Shown: in pieces, positions 12,903 to 25,857 of the stretch
How the letters are laid out: each line of letters begins with the position of its first letter
How positions within the stretch are numbered: position 1 is the stretch's first letter
Position numbers and translations under genes: made by a program
Assembly: GCF_009914755.1 (NCBI RefSeq)
Contig: NC_060942.1
From: the human T2T-CHM13v2.0 reference genome, Homo sapiens
Length of the DNA: 64,000 nt
Direction: 5' to 3' (one strand)
The notes under the pieces: model-generated
The model's input: only the letters and a program-made list of their open reading frames with translations
Told to the model about the DNA's origin: nothing
The model's database searches: none

Positions 12903-13454
12903 CTGGAGGGTGCCTTCAGCTGGAAACGCAAGCCAAACTCAGGAAGCCTACAAGAGAGGTCCCCCAGGCAGGAGAAGTTTCCAAGGGATTTCTGCCTCAG
13001 ACACAGGGGCCCTCACAGGCCCCTGGAGTCCCACCTGCAACCTTGGGCCTGAGGACTGCCGGGGTCCCTTCTCATTGGCCATGGACTGATGTGTCAAGCC
13101 CCAGCTGAGGGTAGGCTCTGAGAAGTCGAGCCAGACATCACCTCTTCCCATGGGCTCTCAGTCCTAACCCACAGTGGACAGGAAACTTTCAAGGGTATTG
13201 TAAACTCTGTGCCTGGGACGTGCTAGGTATCTATGCAATAGACTCATCTTTGCTGAGTCATGGCCTCTTTTGGCTGGCCAGATGTGGCACAGCACGGCCA
13301 GCCTGGGCTACCACAGGGTGAACGTGACCAACCCTGATCCCCTTAACCTGTGTCTAGGCCACTGCTGGCTGGTACAGCAATGATTGCAGGTGGGACTCTG
13401 GACATGGGTGGACCTGGCAGGTAGAGAGAGGCTGAACTATGCATGAGCAGAGAC

Positions 13455-13615
13455 TCCAAGCCCCATGGACTTCATTTGCAAAGCACACATTCAAAGATAA
13501 AGTGTTAAGAATTTCAAGATGGAGACTGCAGAGCACGAAACCCAAGAGTAGGACTCTTCTGAGTGTGGGGCCCTGTGTGGCCACATGGGGTGGCCTGCCC
13601 ATGACGCTGACCTGG
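13455..13615 (-). mobile_element. MER45B-like transposon, 5' portion and terminal inverted repeat
   Basis: ggacttcatttgcaaagcacacattcaaagataaa ... aatttcaagatggagactgcagagca ... ggggccctgtgtggccaca ... gcccatgacgctgacctg. Confidence 0.75.
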
Positions 13616-16600
13616 GGGTGCCTTTCTGGGTCCCCATCTTCATCTGCCCCACCAGACATCAGGCGTTTTGTGGATCATCAGGTGTTTTAAGCATTGCCCA
13701 GGTCTGTGCATTAGTGCTATCTCCAGAAAGATCATCAGTCCATTTTTTAAAGATAAGCTTTGTGCAATTTTGAGGGGATAGACCAAGAATTTTCAGCCAT
13801 AGGGATAAAAGCCTGGTGATGCAACCAACTCGATAAGGACAGAGAACTCACCAGTGAGCTTGTGGGGATCAAAGGTGGGTTTACTCTCCAGAGACCCCGC
13901 CCTCCACCAGAAATTTGTCTTCCCGGCGCTTAGCAAATTGTAATTAACAAATTAATTAATGATGAAATTATTTGTTTAAAGCCCCAGGAGGACAGGGTCT
14001 GAATCACAGGCCCTGTTGAATTCCAGGGGCTGTGCTTAGTAGTCTTGGAGTCGCTGTGGGAGGAAAGAATGAACCCTTGCCTGAGGGCTTCTGCAGTGCC
14101 CTAGTGAGACTGGATCCCAGGGGAACCGCAGAAGCGGCACACATTATTTCTAGCTTGTTGTAAATATATTAATGCTTTAATTACCTCCTTAATAAATCGC
14201 ATATGGTGCGTTCCATAGAGAGGGGTTAGAGATTCAAGAAATCTCATCTGTTGTCAGCATAAAATTCTGACTCCAGGACACCCTCAGCAGTGATTTCAGA
14301 GACACCTGACAGATATATGGATTTGTTTGTCTGTTTGTCTCCACCCTGAGGAGTTCCCGATGCCCACGCAGGGCCCAGCATGGCCCCAATGCACAGTAGG
14401 TGGTCAGGAGGTACTGACCAAATGATGACTGAATCCTCCATCACACCCTGTCATGACCCTCGTTCCCTCCTGCCTCATCTGTGCCCTTGCAGCAAGAGTG
14501 CCCAGAGGCCAGAATTGGGTCACCACCGGACAGTCTTGTTTCCAGCCCAGAGAGAAAGGCCCTTTAATCCTCCCTCCTCCAGCAAAGTGGCGCGTTGCAC
14601 CTTTGGATTAGGAAGGGTTTATTGAAGTGGTGGCGATCATCATTTAGAGAGACAGCCAGTGAGCACCGACCAGACAGAAGAACCGGAGGTTATTGTTAAA
14701 ATATGCAAATCCAGAGCCTATTAAAATGCAAACCCTCCAGATAAGATTTTTTAATAAATTTGGTCTCTGCTCCCACTCCCCACTCTGAGGAGGCCATCTG
14801 ATGCTTGTTGGGTCAGGACACATACCGGCACGTAGGCCCTGTCAGCTCTTCACCCCTCTCCATTCAGACTTCCAGCGCTGCGCTGCCTGGGCGGGGCTGG
14901 CTGTCCCTTCTTCCCCCAACGCCCTGTCCCTTGAACAAAGCACTTGAGGTTGTGTCAGGGTAATCTGCAGACATGTCTCACCATCTCCCCATACTGGCTG
15001 CATTCCATTTTTCACCTCTCCTCTCATAGCTGTGTCTGCAATTGAAGTCACAAGCCTTTGCCTCCTCCTCCAGCAAGCCTTCTGTGATTGGGTCCACCCA
15101 GTTACACTCACCGCCTTTCCAGTCTTCGCCTCTGGACTCACTTTCTGTCAAAAGTAGCCCTCAAGGGGATGAGGGGAAGGTCGCTGAGAAGCTGCACAGG
15201 CTCCGAGTATGATAATGATATGGCGGGGATTCAGGCTGGACTTGGACATGCTGGCTTTGAGTCAGGGTGGAAGGAACCAGGCGTGTGGGTTGGTGCTGTG
15301 TGCCTGGCTGGGGGTGTGCACTCGGGTCTCAGAGGCATGAGCGAACTGCAGTGAGAGAGGGTTTTCAAGTCCTTCCCATGCTCCAGACCTTCTGTTGACC
15401 TCATGACAGGGCTCACATCCTTCAGTCCTTCCTGAAACCTGATGAATCAGGTGAGCAAATTCATGGGGTGGGCAGGGTGTGGATGGGGTGGGGGTGGGAA
15501 TAACCACCAAAGACCTGGAGGAGAGTGGAGGGAAGGGCCAGTGGGGTGTGAAAGGGTGTGCGGCAAGTCGCCGAGGGTGGGAGGACAGGCAGGCAGGTGG
15601 AGGTGGGGAGGATCTGGTGTGGCCGCAGAGGATCTGGTGTGGCCATGGAGGGCCTGAGCTTGTAGAGTGGGCAGCGGGAGCCCCTGTTAGTTTGCAGACA
15701 GCATTGCACACTAGGACTGCATTTGGAAAGAGCAAGGAGGCAGCTGCACGTGCAGGAGGTGCAGGAAGTCAGAGGTGACTGGACAGAGGTGCCCAAGACA
15801 CCAAGCAAACGTTTGTTCAGTTCCAGAATGACCAGCAGAACCTTGGCACCAGGTGCCTTCCCCACCTGTGGGAAGACAGGAGCCTAAAGCTTGTACATAG
15901 GAGGTGCTTGATGAATTGGCCCAAATTTCCCCAGGTTGCCTTTTATTCTTGGTTGTAGAATGACCCCTCACTCCAGTCCAAGCCTAGCCTTGTCCACCGT
16001 CCACTTGCAAAGAGTCTGCAGGATGTGGGGTGGGACGCAGTGGTCTCGGTCCAGGTGGCACCCTTTGCAGCCCACGTAGCCTCACTGGTCCAGCCCCCTA
16101 CAAATATGCCCGGGCAGTTGCTATGCAACAGGCAGCTCTGCTCAGCAGTGTCCAGAAAGAAGCAGTGAGCGGCCCTGACATAGCCTGCTGGTGGGCTGGC
16201 GGGGGCTGCCTGCTCCTCCTTCTCTCTGCTCTCCCCACTCTCTCCCATCCCTCTCCGAGCCTCCACCCTCTCCTATCTCTCTACAAAATGCCTTCCCCTC
16301 ACCTAAGGGGCAGGGCTGGGTTGGCACAAACAAAAGAGGTGCCCCTCACAGTGGTCAAAGATCCCTCCAGAGGCCCAGCCTCAAGCACACTGCTGGTTTC
16401 CCAGGGGGAAGGAGGGAGCCCCTCCCTGCTAGGGGTTTGGAGCCATATTTATGGGTAGAAGCTTCCAGCGCGTGGCAGGTAAGGTGGAAGGACACGATGA
16501 AAATCACCAAGATGGAACTGGTGGACCCGTGACCATGCTGCTGCTGGGCTGACGTGCCCCCACCTCTCAGCCAGAGCTCCCTGAGGCCCTCACTGCCAAG

Positions 16601-16689
16601 GGCAGAGGGCTCTTTGTCTCCAAGCCCCACGTCCATCTTGCTGCTCCCGTGAACACGCCAGGGCTGCACTGGCAAGGGTGGGAGGATCC

Positions 16690-16760
16690 TTGTGGTCTTA
16701 ATTAAGATCTGCTGCCGTGGCAACCAAGCTAATTAGCCGGCATGGTCGGCTGGGTCGCTA
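16690..16760. promoter_or_regulatory. Candidate enhancer module: RFX box between two TAATTA palindromes
   Basis: tcttaattaaga at 16696-16707, gctgccgtggcaac at 16711-16724, gctaattagc at 16728-16737. Confidence 0.4.
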
Positions 16761-16829
16761 ACCCTCTTCAGGGTGGGGGAGTGAGGGTGTGCAATTTTTT
16801 AAATAACAGTAGTGGATAGATAATTCTGA

Positions 16830-17044
16830 TGAAACAGGCCCTGATTTAGTTGTGAGGCCTGGATTTCGGTCTTAGCTCTGCCATATACTTGCTCATACAA
16901 GGCGGGGCTGTTAACTTAACCTCTGAGAGGCATATCCACGTATCCCCTCATGGGGTGTGGAGGGGATTAAACATGATCGCTCAGGCCAAGCTCTGAACAT
17001 CGTGCCTGGCACCTAGTAAGAGCCCAGGAAACAAGCGACAGCTA
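16830..17044 (+). mobile_element. MIR
   Basis: cttagctctgccatatacttgc ... acttaacctctg ... gtgcctggcacctagtaagagc. Confidence 0.7.
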
Positions 17045-17165
17045 CCCTCTCCCTCCTCCCCCTCCACTCCCTCCTCTCCCCCCTCTCCCTCTTCCCCCTC
17101 CTCTCCCTTCTTCCCCTCTTTCCCCTCTTCCTATTTCTCCTCCTCCTCTCACATCTTCCCTGCCT
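17045..17165. repeat. C/T-rich tract with triplex potential
   Basis: Nearly pure pyrimidine for about 100 nt. Confidence 0.8.
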
Positions 17166-17456
17166 TTCTTAGTATTTCCATCACTTTTGAGGAATACCTA
17201 ACATTTGACTTTTCCCTTTCCACTCCGGAATACCCAGGCTCTTTTGGACTCTGCTGAACTGAAGATGTTGGACTCTGTGGGGAAGAGCTGAGAATGGGGT
17301 AGGGAGGCCACGCCTCATGGAGAGGCAAGATGCACCCTGAACTCAGGTTCTCATGGCTCCATTCTGCCCGTGCTGCCTCTCCTCCACCCTGCCCCAGCTC
17401 TGCCCTCTCTGCTTGGTCTACCAGCACTGAAGCTGTTGTTGTGATGGGCCACAAAC

Positions 17457-17556
17457 TCCATCCATCCATCCATCCATCCATCCATCCGTGCATCCATCCA
17501 TCCCTCCATCCATGCATCCATCCATCCATCCATCCATGCATCCATCCATCCATCCA
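17457..17556. repeat. (TCCA)n microsatellite, interrupted
   Basis: About 100 nt of tcca with tgca and tccc variants; explains the GWMD/HPSI ORFs. Confidence 0.95.
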
Positions 17557-17650
17557 GTGTTTACTGAGCACCTCTGTGTGCCAGGCCCTGTTCTATAGAA
17601 TTGGATGGCACAGCAACATGAGTGTCTCTTCCCTGAGGGAGCCACCACCC
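17557..17650 (-). mobile_element. L2 3' end (the microsatellite occupies its tail position)
   Basis: gtgtttactgagcacctctgtgtgccaggccctgttcta is the L2 terminus. Confidence 0.7.
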
Positions 17651-18539
17651 AGTCTCCAGAAGGGCCTTGCTGGGAGGGCACCGGGTCCATCCTTCCTGGG
17701 AGCTGGCTGTGCACTGTTGCTTGATTCCCTGAATGCCCAGCCATGCAGTCCTGCACTTGGCCTCCCACTCTCCTGAAAGTGCGTTCTTTACCTCTGATGT
17801 GTGGCTCTTGGGTATTTGCTCACATACGTATAGTGTTGGAGTTAGGCTCCCTCCTGCATGGGGCGTCGTAATCCAGGATGGCCAGTTCTAGTGATTAGAA
17901 AGGAGGCATTTCTAGCCCCAACTCATCTCCCATGCATTTTCCCTCATCCACTCTGCCTGGTACCAGCGCCCCACTGGGCAACTCAAGCCCATCTTCCAGA
18001 GGCTGCCCCCAGTGCTGGGCCACTATGTAGCCCTGAGGTTTCAGTGTCTTTCTTCTAAACTCCCAGGCCTCCCTTCACCACTGGGTTTCTGGGCCTGTCA
18101 CCCTGACAGCTCACAACCATCTAGGAGCCCTCGGATGTGGGGTCCTGGGCCTGGCGAGGGGATCTCTCCAGCTGTGACTGGCCCTTCCCAGCCCACAGTG
18201 GGACCACTGCCTTAGGAGATTTAGAGCACACTGGCTGGGTGGGAGTGAGAAGGGGGTGGCATTGTGGCCACCGGCGGCTGGACGGAGACCCTTGTCTGTG
18301 TTATCCAGGGCCCAGTCTCCCTTCCCCCTCCAAGCCCTCCCCTGTGTAACTGTTCCCTCCACTCCCCCCGGACTGTGGACTCTGTTTCTAAGCTGAGCCT
18401 CTCCACGGCCAGGAGAGGTGTCCTGGTTCCACCCTCACCCTGCCCTGACCCGGGGGGGACAGCTCCTTTCTCTCTCCTGTGGCTCCCGGGCCTCAATCTT
18501 AGGCCTGGCGAGAGCAGGAAAGAGTCCCCAGGCATGTTA

Positions 18540-18965
18540 AAAGAAAAAACAAAGCCCACACCAAGTAAATGACAAATCGAGAGGAAATTGCTCTTAATCC
18601 CTACGCCACAGCCTGATGATGCCGGCCAAGCACAAACCTGAGTCATCCTAGAAATGGCACCGACATTTGCTTTTTAGAATTTGTTTTGTCTCTGGGCTTT
18701 AGATTTAATCACTCCCTCGCTCCCTCCCTCCCTCCCTCCCTCTGCTCCCCCCTCTCTCCCTCTGCCCCTTGCTCTCCCGTTTTCTAACATGAGCCTGCAC
18801 CGCCAGCTCGTCCAAGTCTCTTTTCCTGGCCTTAATTAACACAGCTCTCCAGCTTCCAACAGGCTAATGACGAATCGGGTTAAATTCCAGACAACAGCCG
18901 CGCACCGCCATCAATTAGCCATCTCCAGGGCAGCTTCATTAATAAGCATCGATCACGGCCCTCCT
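18540..18965. promoter_or_regulatory. Candidate conserved intronic enhancer
   Basis: Non-repetitive with retained CpGs; contains tgagtca, ttaattaa, ccatcaatta and cattaat motifs. Confidence 0.4.
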
Positions 18966-19019
18966 CCTGAAACACGCCAGGGTCTCCAGGTCACGGGCAC
19001 TGCCTGCAAGGGTGTCAGG

Positions 19020-19204
19020 CTCAGGTGTGGGTGTGAATGTGTGTGCGTGAGGGCTGGAGTGTATGGTGAGGGGTCTGCACGTGAGTATGTGTGCAAGGAT
19101 GTGGGTGGGCCATGTAAATGGGTGACTAGGAGTGTGGGAGGTGTGTGTTGCATGTGCAAATGCATGTGTGTGCATGTCCATGTGTGAGTATGCATGTCAG
19201 TGCA

Positions 19205-19240
<36 letters not shown>

Positions 19241-19310
19241 AGGTGTGGGGGTGAATGGGTGTAGGTATGGTGTGTGATGTGCGTGCTGTGTAAGTGTGGG
19301 AGTGTGGTCA
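19020..19310. repeat. TG-rich region with a perfect (TG)15 at 19210-19239
   Basis: Directly visible. Confidence 0.9.
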
Positions 19311-19974
19311 GGCGTGGCCCCCTGCTGGCCTCCACTGTACCCTCTCTAGCTCTCCTCTGAATTCCCTGTCCTCCCTGGCCTGTGTCTGGGCAGGTGGCTC
19401 AGGTCCTCCTCGACCCCTGAACATCAGGGTTTTCACAGGTGCACTGCCCCTAAACCTGCCCCACTCTCCTACCCCTTAGAGACTCTGCCTGTGGCTCTCT
19501 TCAACCTTCACTCCCTTGGAGGTAATTCCAAAATCTCCACCGCCATCCTCTCCCTTTTCCTCAATACATGCTGAATGACTGGTCATTCTCCCTGGCATGG
19601 CCTCCAGCCCAAGGCCTGACACCCGCAGCCTGCTGTGGCAGGAACATCACCGCCACTGCCCAGGGGCCCAACTCCCTCCCTCCAATACCTTCTGCTCCCC
19701 TAGCTTGGACTCCAACTCTATTCCAGCCATTCATACTCTCAGTCTTGATGGTCCTGCATTCAGCCTCCTGTGACATTCTTCGCAGCGCACTTCTGAGCCC
19801 TGAGGAGCAGCCCCCACCTCCCCAGATCATAGCTCATCTCCTCAGTCTGCTGGCCACATGCCCCACAGCCAGCCCCAGGAGCCTCGCTCAGGGAGGGCTC
19901 ACAGCCAGAATGCGCCCCTCACGGCTGTGGTGGCTGCCAGTCTCCTCCTCTCTCCTTTTCTCTATCCTGTGTAG

Positions 19975-20207
19975 GGCCTCACTCTGTCACGCAGGCTGGA
20001 GTGCAGTGGGCTCAGGCTCCTGCCTCAGCCTCCCAAGTAGCTGGGGCTATAGGCATGTACCTCCACGCCCAGCTAATTTTTAAAATAATTATTTGTAGAG
20101 AAGGGGTCTCTGTTGCCCAGGCTGGTCTTGAACTCCTGGGCTCAAGCAATCCTCCCACCTTGGCCTCCCAAAGCTGAGATCACATGCATGAGCCACCCCA
20201 TGTGGCC
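19975..20207 (-). mobile_element. AluJ-like, internally deleted and lacking its tail
   Basis: ggctggagtgcagtgg ... aactcctgggctcaagcaatcctcccaccttggcc; TSD ctatcctgtgtag at 19962-19974 and 20207-20219. Confidence 0.9.
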
Positions 20208-21712
20208 TATCCTGTGTAGTTCTTAGCATGGCCTCCCCTCCACAAGCCCAGGCCCCCAGGACACCTCAGTGGGAATTTGTCCACCTGCCATTTCCAAAAG
20301 CCTGCTATGAGGGAGTGGCTGGGGTCACCCTCAGACTCATATGTGTGACAGTGTGCCCAGAGAGCCCACAGGCCCTGGCACACGTGCATGCCAGCAGGGA
20401 TGGATGTGGCCTCCTGAGGCGGCCACCAGCAGATCATCTCCTTAAAGGTTAATTAAGAACCTGAAGCTGGCCAGCGTGCGTGGCCGATGACGGTGGATGC
20501 GGCGTCTCTCCAGGCCATTAAACACTAATTAGGTTTAGAAAGTCTATCGAGCTCCTGAGGTCTCGTCAAGGCAGGCGCTGGCCCTGGGGTGCCCTTTGAA
20601 ATGCCAGTGCTGTCACCCCAACCCCCGGCGGGGCTGCCGGGCTGGCCCCATGACCCGGACCCGAGGCTTCGGCTGCGTCCCACTTCATTTCTTTCCATTT
20701 CATTGTCCCTCCTGGGCCCTGGCCGCCTCCGGCTGTGCTCCACTCACCATGCCTGGCGCTCACAGGCCTGGTGGTCTGCCTGTCGACCCTTCCATGCTAC
20801 ATCCTTTCTGCTCGGGCAGCATCTCCTGTCTCTGCTTCCTCCTCAGTGGCTCAGAGACACTGGTCAGAAACAGGCCTGCGGTGGCCCTGGGGTCTGGTGA
20901 GCAGGACAGGAAGCTAACGGTGTGGGCCCAACTGGCCTGGGCTCCAGTGTCCCACAAGCGGAGGGAGAGGAGGATGTGGTGGGGAGACTGGCGAGACCCA
21001 CTGCCTCCCATGGTGAGCCTCACACCCTCCCCTTGAGATTCTCCCCATCTTCAGAGCCACCTGAGGGCCTTTCCTGAGATGGCCTGGCCTCAATACTGCC
21101 CACCTTTAGCACAGCTCCTGTGTCCCCAGAGACCCGGCTCTCTAGCTAGGACCCTCCTTCCCAGGGTCTAATTTCTTTCCCGGCTGCTGAGTTCAGCAGG
21201 TGCCACCAGGAGGCAGCTGTTCCTGATGGCATTCATTCATTCCCTCCCTCATTCGTTCACCCACCCATCTGACTGCAGCCCTGGCATGTTCCGGAGGGCC
21301 TGCGGAGGAAATGCCCCTGCAAGGAGGCCCCCTCAGTGACTGAGGCTTCATCTCCAGATGGCAGCATCCTCTGCCTCGGAAGTCATGTTCCCATCACCCC
21401 GGCCCCTTTATCTTCAGCACAAATGGTTTGTCACATGGTGCGAGATTTGCCACTCAGTGACAGAAGCATGCTCATGCTCAAGTTTACCAGAAGGAAAAGT
21501 CACTCTACCTACTTCCACCTCTATGCTCTCCCAGGCCACTGTGCCAGGGACAGGATTCTTGGTTTAGTTCTTCTAGAAAAGTTGTGAAGCAGAAACAAGT
21601 TTATCTCCAGTTCTCCCTGAAATGCCTGTCTGTGTTTAACCTGACCCCCGCCCCATGTTTGCAACAAACATCTGGAAAATCACCACTGTCACCACCACCA
21701 TGTCACTGTCAC

Positions 21713-22038
21713 CATTGTCACCACTACTGTCACTGCCACCACCACCACTGTCGCTGCCACCATCTGTTACCTTAACCTTGTCACTATGACTGTCACTGAC
21801 ACCATTGTCACCACTATCATTGTCACCACTACTGTCACTGCCACCACCACCACTGTCGCTGCCACCATCTGTTACCTTAACCTTGTCACTATGACTGTCA
21901 CTGACACCATTGTCACCACTATCATTGTCACCACTACTGTCACTGCCACCACCACCACTGTCGCTGCCACCATCTGTTACCTTAACCTTGTCACTATGAC
22001 CGTCACTGACACCATTGTCACCACTATCATTGTCACCA
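21713..22038. repeat. Minisatellite, 105-bp unit, about 3.1 copies, within CAC/CAT/GTC low-complexity sequence (about 21681-22084)
   Basis: catctgttaccttaacc recurs at 21761, 21866 and 21971; units are nearly identical. Confidence 0.95.
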
Positions 22039-22377
22039 TTATCAGCACCTCTGTCACTGTCACCACTGTCACCACCACCATCATATAACCAGTAAAAAAT
22101 ATTGCTTAGCTCAAAGAGATACTGCTAGTGATGGGATTCTGGGTGCTGGGGTGGCGGGGGGGCTGTTCTGGGTGGAGTGGAGCCTTCTAGGGGCCCCTCA
22201 CACCCCATGTCATGGCAGGCCCCTACAATCTTTGGGCTCCACTGGGCACCAGGCCACGTGATGTCATGGGAACAGCATGACTAGCTCGGCCATGACTACC
22301 GGTGACCTGAACTCAAAATAAAAGATTTTAAGCTCTCTGTGCTCTTGCTTCATTTAATGGACTTGAAAATGCAGGAG

Positions 22378-22380
<3 letters not shown>

Positions 22381-22425
<45 letters not shown>

Positions 22426-22427
22426 TG
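22381..22427. repeat. (TG)19 microsatellite with imperfect extension
   Basis: Directly visible. Confidence 0.95.
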
Positions 22428-23095
22428 ATCTACCTTCACAGGGTGGCTTTGAGAGCAGAACAAGCCACATGGGCAACCATGCCCAGCGCTGTGCCCCAGG
22501 GCCAGCTTGACGTCCTTTTTCTTCCCTCCACCTTTCTCTCTGGACAATGCCCTGAACCCCCACTGCCCCAAGGAAGACCAGGCAAGAGGATGGGCAATGG
22601 CCATCGTTTGGGTCTCTGCATCCATCCTGGTCCCAGAGCCCAGGGTTCCTAGCCTCCTTTGACAGGCAGAGCTGATGCGGGCTGTGTGGGCACAGGAGGC
22701 GCAGCCCAATTTTATAAGCACAAAGTATTATGATTGCATTGATTTCCATCATAAATCATATTTCCTATCTCCTGCCTCTCTCTCCTGCACACCCCAAGTT
22801 AAGCCTTGGTATTTTCTTTAGCTGCTGCCACTGCCAAGCCTGGAGATGATATTAGGATAATGATGATAAATTTTACCCTGCTGGCAAGCCACTGCTTCTG
22901 TATGGGGGAGGGAGAGTGTTTGTCCCCCAAATGGATCCCTTGACCAGAAAGTGGGGGCTTGGCTTGCGCCTGGAGGAAGGAGGATGCTCACCAGAGCTCG
23001 GCTATGTGGGTCCATGCAGATGGATAGGTGGATGCATTTGTGTGAGCATGAGTGTGCTCATACATGTAGTCATGTGTGTGCAAAGCCTGAAAGGT

Positions 23096-23439
<344 letters not shown>

Positions 23440-25856
23440 TCATGCCCCTGCCAATGAATGAACACATAGCAGAGGGGGGCAGGGGGCAAAGGCAAGGGGA
23501 GAGGGTAGGCGCTGAACTTCCCAAGGTGCAGCCACTCCCAGCCTTGGGATTGCCAGTGACTTGGGGTTCTGTGTGTCCGGCTGTTTCCCCCATAGAGTGC
23601 ACCCCACCTGCCATCAGCGCATTAATCCTTATTAGCACGGCTGCGTTAAGCCCTTTCCTCCTTAACAGCCTCAGCAGCTTCCATTGTCATGTGATTGAAA
23701 TGGGGTCTCCCCCTTTCCTGACTCCCACCACAATGCCCAGCCTGGGGGGCACTGATAGGAAAATGTCCGCACACATTTTCCTACCAACCCCAGCCTCAGG
23801 AAATCTTGCCGAAGTGCAGCCAACACCCAGGCTGGGGCACCCATCCTGACCTCAGAAATGCCACGTTAAGTGAGAGTGAGAAGCTGGTTAGTGGCTCTCC
23901 GAGCTCTCAGCCTTGTGCCTTTGCCAGCTGGGCTGGGCTCAGCCCTGACTGAGTTGGGGCTCCTCCAGCAGGTGATAATGTCACTGGGGTACCCAGACCA
24001 ACATGACAGTGCTCCTCACAAGGTCCTGGGCTGGGTCTTAATACAGTGGGGGAGTCCAAGGGGAGCCTGTAGGTTCTCTGAATTGGGGATGAGCCTGGGA
24101 CAGGAAGAAGCTTCAGTGGGGACATGGTCTTGTGGCTGATCATTCATTAATTCTCTTGTTCATTCATTCACTCAACAACCATTCCTGGGCTGAGTTCCCT
24201 CTCGTCTCCCAGTCCCACAGGCCTGAGGGTGGACCCCAGTGGTCAGTGGGCTTTCTGTCTTCTACACCAGGGGCGGCCAGCCTGAGATCCCTGAGCAGAG
24301 GTGTGTTGGGTTTTCTCAGATAGTCACAACTAAAGAAGTCTTATTTTTGAAGAACGTGTCCATGCTGATGTAGTTGACAATGACAGTGAATCACAGACAC
24401 AGAGAAGATGCAAGGGCTCTAATCCTACCAGGCACAAGCTACTGGCAGCATCTCACAGGCAACCCTGGTTTGAATGCCTCTGCTGACTGGAGGCTCACTC
24501 CACGCATGAGTCAGCTGTTTTCATCTATTCGACATTGTTTCAGTGATATCAAGCTAACGTCTGAGCCACTTGTAGCTTCCACTGTTCAGTCCCCAGCCAT
24601 TCATACAGGAAATGCCTAACTTCTCTTCTTTAGAATAATTGCTTAAAGTAGGGATGGTGAAGAGAACCACCTTGGTGAGCAGGGAAGGGCACCAACCACT
24701 CAGACTCCCCAGTGAGGATTCAGTAGGGCACTTAGATAGGAAGTGAGGTTTCAGGGCAGGATTTGGCTACCATGTGCAGGAAATGGATTCATCATGGTTT
24801 GAATAACCAGGCTCCATGGGTGTGGCTGTGTGTCCTCCCAGGGGGCCTTGGAGGGGACAGCAGGTTGGGCTCTGGTCTGTGTAATCAGCAGCCCTGGGAT
24901 CCCAGAGGGGCAGACTGGGAGGAAAGTGCCCACACTGGGCAGCTAGCTCAGCATGCGATGTGCTGCTGACAGTGGGAGTGGTCTGGGCCACAGCCCACAT
25001 GGGGATGTGGCATTTAGGTCAAAATATGCAGCGTGTTCAGACACAGGAGAAGTATGTTCACCTTACATGAGGAGGGTTAAAGGAGACTGGGGCCACTCAG
25101 CCTGAGCAGGTGCAGGGGCATCCCACTGGAAGGCAGTGAGTGGAGGGCATAAGGGCTTTCCACCTGGCTCTGGGGTCAGGACGTTGCAGACAGTTCACGC
25201 AGGAACTCCTGGTCCAACATGGGCACAGGCTGCCTGGAAGCTCAGAGTGTCCTCTGCCCCATGACTGTGCTCTATCCAGCAGAACCTGTGGGCTGCTGTC
25301 CAGCATGCTCCAGAGGGGACCCTGCCTGGGGTGGAGTTGGGCCAGTGACCACTTAGGTTCCTTTTGACTCTAGGAGTGTATGATGACAAAAGGAAGTGCT
25401 CCTAGGAGCTAGGATGGTGAAGGTTTCAATCCAACAATGCTTGCCTCACAGCAGGCACTTATCGTTCTAATGGATCCCTGATGCCATTAGGCTGAAGATC
25501 TTCCTCCTCCAGGAAGTCTCTCCTGATTAATCCCACAACTCTCTGACTCATCTGGGTCTCCTTGCTAAGACTCGCTTACTCTCCTTGTTTGTGATCTATC
25601 TGTAAATGGATGTCTGCAGGTTGCATGTCTGTGGTGCTTGGTGTTGTGTGTGTGCGTGTGTGTGTGTCCCAATCTCCTCTCAGGTGGAGGACAGGAGAAC
25701 AGTGGAGCTCATCCTTGGTGCCACACACAACCTTTTCTTCTCCACCAGCCCCTTAACTTGGTCTCTTAGAGCCATCCCTGGCAATTGTGTCCTGGTAGGG
25801 CTGTGGCCATTTTGTATCCACATAGGAATTCAGATTGGGGAAAGATAACAGCACAT

Positions 25857-25857
<1 letters not shown>

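Noticed and set aside
14516-14540. REST/NRSE-like caccaccggacag
   Set aside because: Left half and spacing do not fit the consensus; I noticed no convincing RE1 by eye.
17149-17776. GWMD/HPSI repeat proteins
   Set aside because: Translations of the (TCCA)n microsatellite.
21713-22038. CRISPR-like array (also considered for 40052-40185)
   Set aside because: Head-to-tail repeats without unique spacers, in primate DNA with no cas genes.
21786-22088. Mucin-like Thr/Val ORF
   Set aside because: Translation of the 105-bp minisatellite; no splice or promoter support.
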